A DNA stretch of 64,000 bases from Camelus dromedarius (taxonomy: Eukaryota). Below the pieces are notes generated by a model. That model saw nothing but the letters and a program-made list of their open reading frames with translations, searched no databases and was not told the DNA's origin. The stretch is from positions 80,106,001 through 80,170,000 of the forward strand of contig NC_087437.1 of assembly GCF_036321535.1 (NCBI RefSeq), read 5' to 3'. This document shows, in pieces, positions 62,079 through 64,000 of the stretch (within the stretch, counting starts at the first letter, position 1; every line of letters begins with the position of its first letter). A program made the position numbers and the translations under genes.

Positions 62079-63589
62079 CTGACATTTCTTGAAATCTTAT
62101 AGCCATTGTCCTCTTCCAGATCCTAACCACCTTATTCTCAGATAATATAAATTATTATTATTAACTCTATCATAAATGTATTAATCATAATAATAACCTC
62201 ACCTGCCCAAAATCACTTAATACAAAAATAGAATAATCACAAAAAACATCATATTGATAAGGTCAAACTGAGTCCCATCTCAGTTGTATTCAGTTATACC
62301 TCAAGTCAAGTGGACCCTAAGTCTGAATTGTGTGTCCCAGAATTGCCTTATGTGCTTATATGTCACCTACAAATTATTAACCTATGTTAAATAAAGACAT
62401 AGGTTTAAGTATCTACTTCTGGTCTAATGTGCAGATTTTAATATGGTGTTTTATTCCAAATAGACAGTCTATTATTATTGACTATTTTTGGACATGAAAT
62501 TCTGAGAAGAAAACAAATTCATTATTACCTTATTTAAAATGATGGTAACTGATAATGAAGCACAAAGAATCCACATCTTCCACTGAAAAGATTTTCTAGA
62601 GTAGTTAGAAGAAGCAAGTGCTAGTTTGAAGGGTGCTATTTAACTTTCCAGTGCTATTACACAATCTTCACGGTAGATAACACTGGAAGAGATAACATTA
62701 GTGTCAAGCCATGGAAGGAGGGAATATCTGTAACACCGAATGAAAAGATGTTTAAATCTAATTGTCTTTCTCTTTCACAGGGTCCATCACAACATAGAGG
62801 CAAACAGAGCAGCATTTTTATTTATGAGGCTTTCATCTCCTGTCAGCAGGAAGAGTCTGGAAAGCTCTCAGATCGAGATGCTAATCTAATTCCAAAGAAG
62901 CTGATGCATTTTATCAAAGTTCTATGAGAAGGATGGCTTATGAATGTGGCCAGATGGAGAGTGCATAACTTTGCAGGGAAGAAATTCACATGAGAATTAC
63001 AATGAGAGGAGGGGAGGAACCCCTGCAAAGCTCTAATTTCCAACAGCTCCTAGCATAAATTTAACCAAATTAAAAGCTTTTCACATGGGTGCAACTTAGA
63101 AAGCCATTACTACAAAGAAATGTATTAGAGGAAAAGCTATTTGAATGCGTTGAAGTATTCCCAGAGCATACCAACATGGGTGCAGATCATTTTTTCTATA
63201 TTCACAAAGACTGCACTTTCATTACTGTTTATCGCTATAGACTCAGAGGGGAAAAACAGTATTTGGGTTTTCCCTCTCTCGATTAACTTGGAGAGACTTT
63301 GTGATGATTGAAAGGCAGAACGTATACTTGGGATATGCAGCTCCAGTTGGGGACTTTTAATTCTAGTGGCAAAATGGCACTGAATGAGATAGCCCACTAG
63401 AGAATAGATTTGTCAAATCCCCATATCCCAGGCCAATGCCAAGGGCAGTGGATCCAAGAGTAAGAACACTGCCTTCTGGTTGCTAAAAGTTGGCCAGGAG
63501 GACACCCTCAGTGAGTCAACTAGACTTCTTACCAATAGAAGGAAAGGAAGATTTGTCAAAGCTAACAAACAAAGCAGCCTGCCCATGAC

Positions 63590-64000
63590 TTTCTCTTTGT
63601 TCTTCTTTCCTTCTCTATGTATTTTCTCAAACTCACTCTTCTCACATATTTTCATCTCTAAAATTAGCCACCTGTATGCCTACCAGCAAATTTTACCACA
63701 GAATCATTATCTTCACCAGGCCACACTGCCACTTCCAAATGTCTGCTATTCAGTTCCACTTAAAATAGGCATTTAGAGCCTCAAATTCAGCATGTTCTAA
63801 AACCAAACCCTGGCCATCTGAGCCCGTTCCTCCTTAATTTTCATTTTCTGTTAATAAATCACATTCTCCCAGGCACCCAGGCTGAAACATTCCAGCCATC
63901 TTTATCCTCTGTTTATTCCTCTCATCCTAACCCAGTCAATCACTTGTCACAAAACCTGTCACCTTTATGTTTCCCACCTAGAATAACACCCTAAAAATAA
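63590..64000 (+). mobile_element. L2 fragment
   Basis: ctcaaattcagcatgttctaaaaccaaac..caggcacccaggctgaaac..cagtcaatcac..aaacctgtc. Confidence 0.7.

Noticed and set aside
62762..62927. Good + strand acceptor (ttgtctttctctttcacag) followed by a 48-codon open frame
   Set aside because: No recognisable protein similarity and no upstream exon partner; such sites are common by chance
1..64000. CRISPR array, operon or prokaryote-type defence system
   Set aside because: Mammalian repeat content throughout; no regularly spaced repeat-spacer array or gene-dense region

Overview
AT-rich, repeat-dense, apparently non-coding mammalian DNA. Two tRNA-derived SINEs of the Vic-1 type point to a camelid (alpaca/llama/camel). 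I found no convincing protein-coding exon, RNA gene or CpG-island promoter. Every long ORF is either a transposon remnant (L1 ORF1/ORF2, L2 RT, ERV-L pol/dUTPase) or a chance frame. The window is a layered fossil record of mobile elements: MIR, L2, L3/CR1, HAL1, MaLR/ERV1/ERV-L LTRs, Tc2/Tigger/hAT DNA transposons, younger artiodactyl-type L1 copies and Vic-1, plus one 200-N assembly gap. The most unusual structures are small rearrangements: a 209-bp GT..AG-bounded insert inside a young L1, a duplication-inversion that makes a 66-nt hairpin, a fold-back duplication, a 27-bp inverted-repeat pair, and an internally deleted L1 that keeps its 5' UTR and a CTCF-like motif. I see no support for a novel multi-gene biological system. 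Repeat family names come from recalled consensus motifs, not a database search, and boundaries are approximate unless a target-site duplication (TSD) is cited.
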